A DNA stretch of 33,627 nucleotides from Candidatus Pacearchaeota archaeon (GTDB lineage Archaea; Nanobdellota; Nanobdellia; Pacearchaeales; GW2011-AR1): assembly GCA_016784085.1 (NCBI GenBank), contig JADHVH010000002.1:1-33627 (forward strand). Reading direction: 5' to 3'. The translations under genes were made by a program, and so were the position numbers. Below the pieces are notes generated by a model, which was given only the letters and a program-made list of their open reading frames with translations, ran no database searches and had not been told where the DNA came from. Positions within the stretch are counted from its first letter, which is position 1. Each line of letters starts with the position of its first letter. Shown one piece after another: positions 1-9,606 of this stretch.

Positions 1-282
1 GTTTGATTGTTTTTTCTTACCTTCTCTTTTAGGCCGTTTTTTCATTCCTTTACCATAGGTTAAAAGAACCTTTTTTTTACCAATACCTGAAACATCTTTC
101 ATAGCTGTAAATCCTGATTTATCACTGGCACCTGTAATTTCAAATTCATAACCTTCTAAATCTGGAAGAATCATTTTTCCTTCAATTTTATCATGAAGAT
201 TTTTACCAACTATTTCTTCTGTTTCAAGTTCTAATTTAAAGGTGTTTCCTTCTTTTGATGCTATATTAATTTTAAATGGCAT
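1..282 (-). CDS. rps6e: 30S ribosomal protein S6e (3' end runs off the window; first 94 aa present)
   Basis: This ORF is missing from the ORF track because it is open at the window edge. Minus-strand translation from the ATG at 282..280 gives MPFKINIASKEGNTFKLELETEEIVGKNLHDKIEGKMILPDLEGYEFEITGASDKSGFTAMKDVSGIGKKKVLLTYGKGMKKRPKREGKKKQSN. The G-Y-x-F-x-ITG-x-SDK-x-GF-x-M ... KKVLL ... basic tail pattern is the S6e family core. Confidence 0.8.
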   Translation of the reverse strand, partial: MPFKINIASKEGNTFKLELETEEIVGKNLHDKIEGKMILPDLEGYEFEITGASDKSGFTAMKDVSGIGKKKVLLTYGKGMKKRPKREGKKKQSN

Positions 283-339
283 GTTTACTAATCGAGAAAT
301 CTATTTTTAAAGCTTTTCCTCTTTTTTATTTCAAAAAAT

Positions 340-537
340 TTATAGATAATAGGCTAAAAGACCAAGTATAATAGCAATAACTAATTCAATCCAAGCAATG
401 TTTCTTATCTTCCCAATCTTCAACTTTGCCATTTTTTTGCAAAGTCCTAAAGTCCACTTTGGAAAAATCAAAACCACTAAAGCTTCGATTGCAGCTAATA
501 CACCTAAAGTCCATAACACACTTACTGTATCACACAT
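340..537 (-). CDS. small hydrophobic membrane protein (2 predicted TM helices), function unknown
   Basis: 65-aa ORF with two hydrophobic stretches (LWTLGVLAAIEALVVLIF and IAWIELVIAIILGLLAYYL). It lies between rps6e and aIF5B on the same strand. Confidence 0.4.
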   Translation of the reverse strand: MCDTVSVLWTLGVLAAIEALVVLIFPKWTLGLCKKMAKLKIGKIRNIAWIELVIAIILGLLAYYL

Positions 538-568
538 ATTTCTTCTAAAGAATTATTATTTATAAATT

Positions 569-2302
569 TTACATTCCCCAATCTTCTTTTGTTTTTCTTT
601 TTATTTCAGCAATTTCTTGAAGAACTTTTTTTTCACCAGGAGATAAAAGATCTTTATTTTTTTTAAATTGTCTAAATTGAGATTCTCCAAGATTGGAATA
701 AAGATAGGACTTATCTTTTATTTTTCTTTCAAAATTAGATCCTGGAATTGAAATTGCCACCTCAGCACCCTCATCAGCTTCATTAACAGGTTTATTATTT
801 TCTTGAATATTTTTTATTTTTCCAATCTTTTCATCATTTTCATCAATTAGAGTTAAACCTGATTTAGCTTTTCCACCCTCAATTTTAACTCCAAAAATAG
901 CTGGACTAGTATTTCTAAAAACATATTCTGGCAATACTTTTAATTTAAACACAGATGTTAATTCCATTAATCTTTTCTTTTCAATTTCTTTTGATTTTTC
1001 TTGTCTAAATTCAATAAGGTCTTCAATTAATTTGTAAACAACCTCTTCTTCAAAAACCTTAATCTTCCCTTTCATTTCTTTTGCTTCATCGTCCAAAGTA
1101 ACATTAAATCCTATAACAAGAGCATCTAATTCATTGATATCTAAATTAGCTTTTGCACTAATAATATCTCTTTTATTTATAGAACCAATTCCAGCTTTTA
1201 CAACAGGAATATTACTTTGATCCAACATAACCATCAATGCTTCTAAGCTTCCAAGAGAATCTGCTTTTGCAATTATTCCATGTTGAGCTGTTTTAATATT
1301 TTCAGAAATTTCTTTTTTGAATTTTTCCTTAATTTCCTCTAAATTTCCTTTAAATATTTCAAAAGGCATTCCAGGTAAAATTTCTGTTTTATTAATTAGT
1401 TGCATTCTTATTCCAGTGGAGGCTTCAACTTTTTCCGTAGGAGAAAATTTAGCACAAAGAGGTTGAATTTCTTCAAGAACTCTTATTTTTGTAATTATAG
1501 GTTCTCCATCAATATTTGCAATTGCTATTTCATCTTTTTTAGAAAGTTCACCATCGTATAAAATAGATTCAGCATAATTACAATCTTTTTCTTTTTTAAT
1601 CTCGAGAATAACTCCTTTTGGATCCTTTCCAAGAGTTAAACTATTTCCCAAATATTTTTTACTAATTCCACATAACATCATAATTAACTCAGGAATTCCT
1701 TCTGTTGTTTTTGCAGAACAAGGAACCAGAGCAATTTTCTTAGTAAAATCATCAATATTAAAATAAAGATCTGATTCAAAACCATAACTGCTTAGACTTC
1801 CAATAAGAGTCATATATTTTTCATTAAAAACTTGTTTAAGGTTTTGAGGTTGCATATCAATACTTTTCTTTAAATCTTCATCTTGTTTTCTCCAACCAGA
1901 AATATTATCTATTTTATTTAAAGCAATAATAAATGGTGTTTTATTATGTTTTAAAATTTGAATTACTTCTGCAGTTTGAGGTTTTATACCTTCATTAATA
2001 TCAATTACAAGAACTGCTAAATCTGCTAAACTTCCTCCACGTTTTCTCAGATTAGTAAATGCAGCATGACCAGGAGTATCTATTAATAAAAAACCAGGAA
2101 TATCTAATTCAATTTTAGATTTTTCAATTAAAGGGCAAGCTGATTTTAATTGTTTAAGAGGATACGATGTAAAAGAGATTTTTTGAGTAATACCTCCTTT
2201 TTCTCCTTCTTGAACACAGCTCTGTCTAAGTTGATCTAAAATAGATGTTTTACCATGATCTACATGTCCTACCACTGTTACAATTGGTTGTCTAATTTTC
2301 AT
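569..2302 (-). CDS. infB: translation initiation factor aIF5B (IF-2 family GTPase)
   Basis: G1 motif GHVDHGKT, G3 motif DTPGH and G4 motif NKID are present. The 577-aa length and domain order are typical of archaeal aIF5B. Confidence 0.93.
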   Translation of the reverse strand: MKIRQPIVTVVGHVDHGKTSILDQLRQSCVQEGEKGGITQKISFTSYPLKQLKSACPLIEKSKIELDIPGFLLIDTPGHAAFTNLRKRGGSLADLAVLVIDINEGIKPQTAEVIQILKHNKTPFIIALNKIDNISGWRKQDEDLKKSIDMQPQNLKQVFNEKYMTLIGSLSSYGFESDLYFNIDDFTKKIALVPCSAKTTEGIPELIMMLCGISKKYLGNSLTLGKDPKGVILEIKKEKDCNYAESILYDGELSKKDEIAIANIDGEPIITKIRVLEEIQPLCAKFSPTEKVEASTGIRMQLINKTEILPGMPFEIFKGNLEEIKEKFKKEISENIKTAQHGIIAKADSLGSLEALMVMLDQSNIPVVKAGIGSINKRDIISAKANLDINELDALVIGFNVTLDDEAKEMKGKIKVFEEEVVYKLIEDLIEFRQEKSKEIEKKRLMELTSVFKLKVLPEYVFRNTSPAIFGVKIEGGKAKSGLTLIDENDEKIGKIKNIQENNKPVNEADEGAEVAISIPGSNFERKIKDKSYLYSNLGESQFRQFKKNKDLLSPGEKKVLQEIAEIKRKTKEDWGM

Positions 2303-2352
2303 ATATTTTCAAGAATAGTACAATTTTTAAACCTTAAGATAAGACCAATTTA

Positions 2353-2715
2353 ATGACAAGAGAATTTTCAGATAGATTAAGTAGGCTAGTAAAAGGTTAT
2401 GAAGAAATAAATATGCCAAAAACTAGTACTAACTATGGATTGGGAGAAAAAACATTACTTATAATTAATGTAGAGGGAAATGGAGTTAAAGGGGGAAGGA
2501 TGCCTTATCATTTAAGGCAGGGAATTGTGGCTGGAAAATGTGTAACAAAGAAAAGAAAAGGAGAAACATCACCTTCAGAATGTAATGCCATAAGATTAAA
2601 ATTAACTCATGAAGGTACTGAAAATTCTGGTCTAGTTGAAAGATCAATAGAAAAAAGAGAAACATATGAGACCTATTTATATGATAATATTGTTAAAGCA
2701 TATCTTGTAAAATAA
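2353..2715 (+). CDS. hypothetical protein
   Basis: 120-aa ORF, long for such stop-rich AT-rich DNA, divergent from infB. I recognise no motif. Confidence 0.4.
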   Translation: MTREFSDRLSRLVKGYEEINMPKTSTNYGLGEKTLLIINVEGNGVKGGRMPYHLRQGIVAGKCVTKKRKGETSPSECNAIRLKLTHEGTENSGLVERSIEKRETYETYLYDNIVKAYLVK

Positions 2716-2758
2716 TTTTTATCAATAGATTTATTAATTATTATTTACTTTTTATAAA

Positions 2759-3463
2759 ATGAAAAAAAGAGGAGAAGAAATAATAAGACTTGAGGGAGCT
2801 ACAAAATATTATCACATGGGAGAAGTTATTGTAAAAGCTGTTGATGGTATTGATATATCAATAAATAAAGGTGATTTTGTCGCTGTAATGGGCCCTTCTG
2901 GTTCTGGAAAATCAACTGCAATGAATTTAATTGGCAGTTTAGATATGGCAACTAAAGGACATATTTTTTTAGATAAAGAAGACATTTCTTTATTAGAAGA
3001 ATCTGATTTAGCTCAAGTAAGAGGAAAACATATAGGATTTATTTTTCAACAATTTAATTTAATTCCAACTTTGACTGTTAAGGAAAATATTATGCTTCCA
3101 ATGACTTTGCAAAATCTTGATGCAGATGAAAGAGAAGAAAGAGTTCAAGATCTTATGAAAAAAATGGAATTACAAGAAAGAGAAGACCATTATCCAAGCC
3201 AAATTTCTGGAGGTCAACAACAAAGAGTTGCAATTGCAAGATCAATAGCAAATGATCCTGAAGTAGTATTAGCAGATGAACCTACAGGTAATTTAGATAC
3301 TAAAACAGGGGAGAGAGTAATGGATTTTTTAAACAAGTTAAACAAAGAAGGAAAAACTATTGTAATGGTTACTCATGATCCAGATTTAGCAAAAAAATAT
3401 GCAGATGTTGTTTATTGGTTAGTCGACGGAAAAGTTAAAAAAATAACAAGGAAAAAAAGATAA
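2759..3463 (+). CDS. ABC transporter ATP-binding protein, MacB/LolD-like
   Basis: Walker A GPSGSGKST, signature SGGQQQR, Walker B VVLADEPT and H-loop VTHD are present. FtsX-type permease genes follow directly. Confidence 0.9.
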   Translation: MKKRGEEIIRLEGATKYYHMGEVIVKAVDGIDISINKGDFVAVMGPSGSGKSTAMNLIGSLDMATKGHIFLDKEDISLLEESDLAQVRGKHIGFIFQQFNLIPTLTVKENIMLPMTLQNLDADEREERVQDLMKKMELQEREDHYPSQISGGQQQRVAIARSIANDPEVVLADEPTGNLDTKTGERVMDFLNKLNKEGKTIVMVTHDPDLAKKYADVVYWLVDGKVKKITRKKR

Positions 3464-3464
3464 A

Positions 3465-4676
3465 ATGGATTATTTCGTTTTCTCAGTTAGAAATTTAAAA
3501 AGAAAAGGAATTAGAAGCTGGTTAACTCTTTTAGGAATTTTAATTGGAATTGCAGCTGTTGTTTCATTAATTACTGTTGGAAGTGGATTAAAAGTAGCAG
3601 TAAATTCCCAGTTTGGAGCAAGTTCAACAGAAGTTATTACTATTCAAGCAGGTGGAACTTCTTTTGGCCCGCCAGGATCTGGGACAGTTATTCCCTTGAC
3701 AAAACAAGATGCAATTGCCATAGAGCAGTTAAGTTCAGTAGAATTAGCAATTCCGAGAAATATAGAGGTTGGAAAAATGGAATATAATAATATTGTACAA
3801 TTTGGATATGCTGGGTCTGTTGTTGATGGAAGAGAAAAAGAAATTTATGAATTAGTAGGAAACATAGAGGCAGAATATGGAAGATTATTAGAATCAGGAG
3901 ATTTTGGAAAAGTAATGTTAGGATATAGTTTTTATGAAGGAGAAAAAAATGGTTATGAAAAAGATATTCTTCCTGGAAAAAAAGTTTTAATTAAAGATAA
4001 ATCATTTGAAGTTGTAGGAATTGTGAAAAAACAGGGAAGTTTTATTTTAGATTCTATTGTTTGGATTCAAGATTCTGATTTAGAAAATTTAATTGGTTAT
4101 GGGGACAATGTTAGTCTAATAGTTGTAAAGGCTAAAAATAAAGATTCAATAGATAGAGCTAAAGAAGACATTGAAAAACTTTTAAGAAATAGAAGGGATG
4201 TAAAAATAGGAGAAGAAAATTTCGAAGTTTCTACACCTGAAGCAACTCTAGAAAGTGTAAATTCTGTTTTAAACGGAATTCAAATATTTATTATAATTAT
4301 TGCATCTATATCTATATTTATAGGAATTATTGGAATTGTAAATACTATGACTACTTCTGTTTTAGAAAGAAAAAAAGAAATTGGAATTATGAAGGCAATT
4401 GGTGCAAAAAATAGCCAAATTTTTATGCAATTCTTTGTAGAATCTGGAATGTTAGGCCTTATAGGAGGGGCAATTGGAATTATTCTTGGTTTACTTTTAG
4501 GATATGTTGGAATTGGGGCCATAAATAGTTTTCTTGGATCTGAAACTCAACCTCAGATAAATTTTATATTAATTTTATTTTCTTTAATTGGAAGTTTTTT
4601 AATTGGATCAATAGCAGGAATTTTTCCCGCAATGCAAGCTGCTAAACAAAATCCTGTGGAGGCTTTAAGAGGATGA
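3465..4676 (+). CDS. ABC transporter permease, FtsX/MacB family
   Basis: N-terminal TM helix, large extracytoplasmic domain and C-terminal FtsX domain (TTSVLERKKEIGIMKAIGA, PVEALR). It starts 2 nt after the ATPase stop. Confidence 0.85.
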   Translation: MDYFVFSVRNLKRKGIRSWLTLLGILIGIAAVVSLITVGSGLKVAVNSQFGASSTEVITIQAGGTSFGPPGSGTVIPLTKQDAIAIEQLSSVELAIPRNIEVGKMEYNNIVQFGYAGSVVDGREKEIYELVGNIEAEYGRLLESGDFGKVMLGYSFYEGEKNGYEKDILPGKKVLIKDKSFEVVGIVKKQGSFILDSIVWIQDSDLENLIGYGDNVSLIVVKAKNKDSIDRAKEDIEKLLRNRRDVKIGEENFEVSTPEATLESVNSVLNGIQIFIIIIASISIFIGIIGIVNTMTTSVLERKKEIGIMKAIGAKNSQIFMQFFVESGMLGLIGGAIGIILGLLLGYVGIGAINSFLGSETQPQINFILILFSLIGSFLIGSIAGIFPAMQAAKQNPVEALRG

Positions 4677-5878
4677 TCAGCAAAGAAAGTGTAAACTATT
4701 CTTTAAGAAACCTTAAGAATAGAAAGTTTAGAAGCTTCCTCACTATTTTTTCTATTTTTGCAGGAATAGTAACTATATTTATTTTCATAAGTTTTGGGGC
4801 TGGATTATACAAATATGTTGATGAAGTTGCAGGAAGTTCTTCTGCAGATAAAGTTCTAGTAATGTCTAAAGGGGGATTTGGAGGATTAGATACTTCTTTT
4901 GAACTTACAGAAGATAATTTAAAAGATTTTGCAGGCACTCCAGGAATATATGTTTCTACAGGAGTTTATTTTAGATCTGTAGAGATAGGTTTTAATGATC
5001 AAACTATTTATTCTTTTTTAATTGGGTTTGACCCTCAAAAACCTTTGATTATGGAAATGTCTAATATTGGAATTTCTAAAGGAAGAATGTTAAGTTCAGG
5101 AGATGGAAGAGATATTTTATTAGGATATAATTATCAAATTAAAGATAGAATATTTTCTAAGCCAATTGATTTAAACAATAACATTGAAATTAATGGTGAA
5201 GAATTTAGAGTAATAGGATTTTTAGAAGAAGTAGGAAATCCTCAAGATGATTCTCAAGTGTATATTGCAGACGATGCTATGAAAGAGTTTTACGGAGATG
5301 AAAATTTACCCTATAATTGGATTATTGCTTCAGCAGATACCAGTAATATGGATCAGGTAGTTAAAAATGCTGAAAAAAGTCTTAGAAAATCTAGAGGATT
5401 AGAAGAAGGAAAAGAAGATTTTTTTGTACAATCTTTTACAGAATTAATGGAAGGATATAGTACTGCATTAAATGTTATTGTAGCATTTATTATTTTAATT
5501 GCATTAATTTCTATTTTAGTTTCATCTATTAATACTGCTAACACCATGATAACTTCTGTTTTAGAAAGAGTAAAAGAAATTGGAATTATAAAATCAATTG
5601 GTGGAAAAAATTCAGAAGTATTTAAGATATTTTTATTTGAATCTTCTTTCCTTGGTTTTGTTGCAGGAGTATTTGGAGTGGTTGTAGGGTGGGCTGTTAG
5701 TGCACTTGGAGGAGAAATTTTAAATCAATTAGGATATGGTTTTTTATCCCCCTATTTCCCATTAGAACTTTTTATAGGATGTATTTTATTTGCAGTTTTA
5801 ACAGGAGCTGTTTCAGGAGTAATACCTGCAATAAATGCAACAAAGATAAATCCTGTAGAAGCTTTAAGATATGAATAG
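4673..5878 (+). CDS. ABC transporter permease, FtsX/MacB family (second paralog)
   Basis: Same architecture (ITSVLERVKEIGIIKSIGG, PVEALR). Its ATG overlaps the upstream TGA as ATGA at 4673-4676. Confidence 0.85.
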   Translation: MISKESVNYSLRNLKNRKFRSFLTIFSIFAGIVTIFIFISFGAGLYKYVDEVAGSSSADKVLVMSKGGFGGLDTSFELTEDNLKDFAGTPGIYVSTGVYFRSVEIGFNDQTIYSFLIGFDPQKPLIMEMSNIGISKGRMLSSGDGRDILLGYNYQIKDRIFSKPIDLNNNIEINGEEFRVIGFLEEVGNPQDDSQVYIADDAMKEFYGDENLPYNWIIASADTSNMDQVVKNAEKSLRKSRGLEEGKEDFFVQSFTELMEGYSTALNVIVAFIILIALISILVSSINTANTMITSVLERVKEIGIIKSIGGKNSEVFKIFLFESSFLGFVAGVFGVVVGWAVSALGGEILNQLGYGFLSPYFPLELFIGCILFAVLTGAVSGVIPAINATKINPVEALRYE

Positions 5879-5880
5879 AA

Positions 5881-6741
5881 TTATTTTTTATTCTTCTTTT
5901 TATGTTTTTTAATTCTAACCCATACAATCCAAATAACAAGAGCAAGAATTATAAGATATAATAAAACAGGAGTAGATTTTTGATCTCTTACTAAACCATC
6001 ATAATATTCAGGGTCAAAATGAACAGTTTTTTCAATACTTCTTCTTTCATTGATTTCATCTGTATAAAATATTTTTAGATTAATATTTCCTTCTTCAGGA
6101 AGAGTTGTTTCAAAACTAGTAGTAGTATATTCATTTGAATCTAAATCACCCACAACTTTTCTATTGGCACCCTTAATATTAATAGAATCTTGTTTAGGAA
6201 TTTCAACTGTTAATGCCTCTACATCTGAATCCCCAATATTTAAAATTTCAAAACTTAATTCTTTAGTTTTAATATCATAATCATTAACATAAACTTCAAA
6301 ATCAATCATAAGATCTTTAATAGAAATATTAAATTTTTTACTAACAGAAGATTCTTCAGGCCAGTTTCCGGGAGAATATTTAATTTCTAATTCATATTTT
6401 TCATTTAAAGCATTTTTATCAATAAGAACTCTATATCCTACCATCCAAACAGTTTCATAATTCAATAACCAAGTATCTCCATCAATTACTTTTTTAGGGG
6501 AAATTCCTTCATCTAATGAAAAAGGATAGGAAGGCACAATTTCAAATTTAGCTCCTTCACAATTACTAGATTGGGCCCCACTTAATTGAAAAGTTAATTC
6601 AACATATTCTCCAGGAAGAGCAGGATAAGGATTTTGATTAATTAATGTAGCAGATAGAGCACATGAAGTATCTATTGCTGAAGATATACTAGGTAATGTA
6701 AATACTAAAATAAATAGTAATACTATTAATCCTCTTTTCAT
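5881..6741 (-). CDS. exported beta-rich protein with C-terminal membrane anchor (resembles COG1361/CARDB-like S-layer-domain proteins that accompany archaeal MacB transporters)
   Basis: Signal peptide MKRGLIVLLFILVFTLPSISSA, C-terminal TM helix plus KKHKKKNKK tail, and an LINQNPYPALPGEYVELTF motif. It is convergent with the ABC operon, 2 nt from its end. Confidence 0.5.
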   Translation of the reverse strand: MKRGLIVLLFILVFTLPSISSAIDTSCALSATLINQNPYPALPGEYVELTFQLSGAQSSNCEGAKFEIVPSYPFSLDEGISPKKVIDGDTWLLNYETVWMVGYRVLIDKNALNEKYELEIKYSPGNWPEESSVSKKFNISIKDLMIDFEVYVNDYDIKTKELSFEILNIGDSDVEALTVEIPKQDSINIKGANRKVVGDLDSNEYTTTSFETTLPEEGNINLKIFYTDEINERRSIEKTVHFDPEYYDGLVRDQKSTPVLLYLIILALVIWIVWVRIKKHKKKNKK

Positions 6742-6838
6742 GACTCAATATATTTTTTATTCTTTTTAAACTTTTAGATAAAATTAATTATTAGAATTAA
6801 AAATAGTAAAATAAAATTATAAAAAATAAAATAAAAAA

Positions 6839-7165
6839 TTAATAATCTGGCAATCCTTCTGGTGAATTTCCTGAAGGTGCTTCTGCTTCAAGTGTTCCTT
6901 GTTCTTGAGAAGAGGCTTCTGCTGGTTGTTCAGAAGCTACTAAATCAGCATCTTGAACAGAATTAATCATTTCCTTAAACTTAGCAAAACTTTCTGCTGG
7001 AATTCTTAATCCTTTTTTTGTTGGACCAGTGTATTTGTCGCTTGTAACAAATTCTCTTATATCTACACCAACCTTCCCATTATATTCTCTAACACCAACA
7101 ACAATTTCAGTTACAGTTCCCTGATATTCACCTTTGGTTATTTTTCCAATATCTTTTTCTACCAT
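6839..7165 (-). CDS. PC4/p15-like ssDNA-binding protein with acidic C-terminal tail
   Basis: VGVREYNGKVGVDIREFV ... GPTKKGLRIPAESFAKFKEMINSVQDA aligns with the eukaryotic PC4 C-terminal domain (VSVRDFKGKVLIDIREYW ... [27 protein letters not shown]). Confidence 0.75.
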   Translation of the reverse strand: MVEKDIGKITKGEYQGTVTEIVVGVREYNGKVGVDIREFVTSDKYTGPTKKGLRIPAESFAKFKEMINSVQDADLVASEQPAEASSQEQGTLEAEAPSGNSPEGLPDY

Positions 7166-7203
7166 AATAGGAGTTAGAAGTCTTATTTTATAAAGTTATT
7201 GAA

Positions 7204-7416
7204 TCACTTATATATTTTTAATCCAAGACCAATTAACCAACCAAGAATAACTCTTGGCACTTCAACAATAAACATCCAGCCTAAAAAACCACCTGGAACA
7301 GGCCCAGGATGAATTCCAAATCTTTCAAAAAGGGACATTGTTATTGTTAGATATAAGGCCCAGTAAACAATCATTAAGATAGTTTTCCAGATCATCTCTT
7401 TTTGTTTCTTTTTCAT
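7204..7416 (-). CDS. small membrane protein, function unknown
   Basis: 70-aa ORF with two hydrophobic helices. Confidence 0.45.
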   Translation of the reverse strand: MKKKQKEMIWKTILMIVYWALYLTITMSLFERFGIHPGPVPGGFLGWMFIVEVPRVILGWLIGLGLKIYK

Positions 7417-7454
7417 ATTACATAAGAGTTTCTAATTATTATAAAAGTATTTAT

Positions 7455-7685
7455 TCAACATCTCTCTAAATTTCCACTTGCACCTTCTTCAGATTCTCTT
7501 CTTGCATTAGCATAATATCCATTTGCATCAAGATCATAGACACCTTCACCAGGACTTAAAATAGCTCCTTTTGTGCAACCACCATTAATTCCACATCCCC
7601 AAGTTCTATTAACATCTTCAAAATAAATTTGTCTAATTTGAGCTTCAAAATTTGAATTTCTTACTTCATCACTTAATTTTACCAT
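7455..7685 (-). CDS. small Cys-containing hypothetical protein (76 aa from internal ATG)
   Basis: The ORF track gives 7455..7700. The ATG at 7685 sits 1 nt after the upstream stop (7687-7689), so the shorter start is more likely. It contains WGCGINGGCTKG and ends in Cys. Confidence 0.4.
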   Translation of the reverse strand: MVKLSDEVRNSNFEAQIRQIYFEDVNRTWGCGINGGCTKGAILSPGEGVYDLDANGYYANARRESEEGASGNLERC

Positions 7686-7686
7686 T

Positions 7687-8793
7687 TTACTTTGAACCAA
7701 AATTAGTATTTAAAGTTAAATAGGCTCCAAAACCTTTAGTTTCATTTCCGCCTAATTCAAGGCCACCTTTAATATCTCCAACTTTTAAAGGAGTGTAAAA
7801 CATAAATGCTGGAACAGAACCTTCTTCATCTGTATAAACACCTGCGCCAAAACGCCCAAACTTAGTGTTTCTTCCTAATCTTACTTCAGATTGAGTAATT
7901 CCTTCTTCTTTATTTCCTGCAAAATCAACCATCAAAGTATTATTTCCTTTTGTTTCAGCAGGAGTAAAATGTGGGAAAAAGAAAGGTGGGAAAATAAATA
8001 ATTCATTAGTTGGATTTGAAAATCCTTTTGAATAAAAACCTTGAGAAACATCTCCTGCAGCTGTTCTTGTTTTAACAAAAAAGTTTTCATCTTGAGGATT
8101 ATAAACTGCTATTCCTAATGTTCCAAAATTTTCCATTCCGTGGGTATTTCCAGTAAAAGAAAGACTATTGTGTCTAGGCCCTTTACTACCTCCAACACTA
8201 GCATAAAATTTATCAAAAAAATCAGCACCAACATTAGCAAAAAAATCAGAATTTTCTAAATTAGCTTTTGAAATATTATTTGGATATAAACTTGCCACCA
8301 TACCATATAAACTTCCTTTTTTAGCATTACCATACATCCATTGTAAGGGATTCATTCCTTTTTGAGCCATTACACCCCAATCTAATCCAACATCTGTTTG
8401 TCCTGCTTGAAGCCCTTTATAAAATTCAACAGCTGCTAAATCATCTTTAGTCCAATCTCCAACACCGTATAAAGAAAGACTAGAATTTCCAATATTAAAT
8501 GGTTGAGGAATATTAACCTTTAAAGCATCTGCAGGATCTGGATCACTTCCACTTGAAGAATTTAAATCATAATCAATCCCAATATCTCCTATTTTCACTT
8601 TTGTTCTTTGTTTAGATAAAAAAGGAGCACTTCCAGTTATAATATTGCTTTCAGAATTTATAGAAACAGGCATTTCAATTTTTTTTGGTTCAGGAATTCC
8701 TAGATCTAGAGTTTTAGCCTCTAAACTAGTTGTATCTGGATCTGCAGATAAAGCTCTTACAAGTTCTGCAGCAATCATTGATGAATTTCCCAT
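7687..8793 (-). CDS. beta-strand-rich Gly/Asn/Phe-rich protein of unknown function (porin-like composition, no signal peptide)
   Basis: 368-aa ORF with alternating aromatic/polar segments and the terminal stretch KGFGAYLTLNTNFGSK. The N-terminus MGNSSMIAAELVRALSADPD is not hydrophobic. Confidence 0.5.
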   Translation of the reverse strand: MGNSSMIAAELVRALSADPDTTSLEAKTLDLGIPEPKKIEMPVSINSESNIITGSAPFLSKQRTKVKIGDIGIDYDLNSSSGSDPDPADALKVNIPQPFNIGNSSLSLYGVGDWTKDDLAAVEFYKGLQAGQTDVGLDWGVMAQKGMNPLQWMYGNAKKGSLYGMVASLYPNNISKANLENSDFFANVGADFFDKFYASVGGSKGPRHNSLSFTGNTHGMENFGTLGIAVYNPQDENFFVKTRTAAGDVSQGFYSKGFSNPTNELFIFPPFFFPHFTPAETKGNNTLMVDFAGNKEEGITQSEVRLGRNTKFGRFGAGVYTDEEGSVPAFMFYTPLKVGDIKGGLELGGNETKGFGAYLTLNTNFGSK

Positions 8794-8873
8794 AATCCAT
8801 TATGCAAAATACCCTTTTTAAATATTCCTATATTGTTACCACACAATAGTTACAATATAGCTAAACCAAAAAC

Positions 8874-8884
8874 CTTATAAATAA
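8874..8884 (+). promoter_or_regulatory. TATA box of the sod promoter (CTTATAAATAA)
   Basis: AT-rich TATA-like element ending 19 nt before the sod ATG, implying a leaderless or short-leader transcript. The identical 11-mer occurs before the TrmB gene at 24903-24913. Confidence 0.5.
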
Positions 8885-8892
8885 ACTTCACA

Positions 8893-8904
8893 ATAGTTAA
8901 CTAT
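8893..8904. promoter_or_regulatory. perfect 12-bp palindrome ATAGTTAACTAT overlapping the sod start codon; candidate operator
   Basis: It is self-complementary, and the identical 12-mer occurs at 10458-10469 in the regulator/sufB divergent promoter. Confidence 0.45.
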
Positions 8905-9520
8905 GAGTCATGAGTTACCCAAGTTATCTTTTTCTTATGATGCTTTAGAACCTTTTATGGATGCTAAAACAGTAGAAATCCATTATACAAAACATCATCA
9001 AGCATATTTAGATAACTTTAACAAAACATTAGCAAAACATCCTGAACTAGCTGAAAAGCCAGTAGATGAATTATTAGATAATGTAAATGAAATTCCGGAA
9101 GATATTAGACAAGCAATAATAAATCATGGTGGGGGATATTGGAACCATAGTTTTTTCTGGTCTATTTTAAAGAAAGATACAATGCCTAAAGGAGAATTAT
9201 TACAGGCAATTGATAGTGATTTTGGAAGTTTTAGTGATTTTAAAGAACAGTTCAGAAATGCAGCTTTAACTCAGTTTGGATCTGGGTGGGCATGGCTAGT
9301 ATTAAATAAAGAAGGAAAATTAGAAGTTGTTAAAACATCAAATCATGATAATCCCATTTCTCAAGGAAAAATCCCTCTTTTAGTAATAGATGTCTGGGAA
9401 CATGCTTATTATCTTAAATATAAAAATCTAAGAGCAGATTATATAGACAATTTTTTTCAGATAATTAATTGGGATCAAGTAGCTAAATATTATGGAGAAG
9501 CAAAAAATGGAAGAAAGTAA
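8903..9520 (+). CDS. sod: Fe/Mn superoxide dismutase
   Basis: Contains LPKLSFSYDALEPFMDAKTVEIHYTKHH and the metal-ligand motif DVWEHAYYL. Confidence 0.93.
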   Translation: MSHELPKLSFSYDALEPFMDAKTVEIHYTKHHQAYLDNFNKTLAKHPELAEKPVDELLDNVNEIPEDIRQAIINHGGGYWNHSFFWSILKKDTMPKGELLQAIDSDFGSFSDFKEQFRNAALTQFGSGWAWLVLNKEGKLEVVKTSNHDNPISQGKIPLLVIDVWEHAYYLKYKNLRADYIDNFFQIINWDQVAKYYGEAKNGRK

Positions 9521-9606
9521 AGATAAATTTGATGAAATTCTAGAAATTATGCAAGAATATGAAAAAGGATTAACTCCTAGATCTGATCAAGATTTTGAAA
9601 TGTAAA

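Noticed and set aside
4280-5547. Antisense ORFs 4280-4522, 4696-4938 and 5353-5547 inside the two FtsX permease genes
   Set aside because: They lie entirely within well-supported longer genes on the opposite strand. Their Ile/Pro/Asn-rich low-complexity translations are typical of shadow frames in AT-rich DNA.
7687-8793. Direct annotation as a bacterial outer-membrane porin
   Set aside because: It has no signal peptide, and the surrounding genes are archaeal. I report it only as a compositional oddity.
9507-9605. 32-aa ORF (MEESKDKFDEILEIMQEYEKGLTPRSDQDFEM) overlapping the sod stop and ending just before bcp
   Set aside because: It is too short to support without conservation data and has no recognisable start signals. 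It could be real, but I cannot substantiate it.
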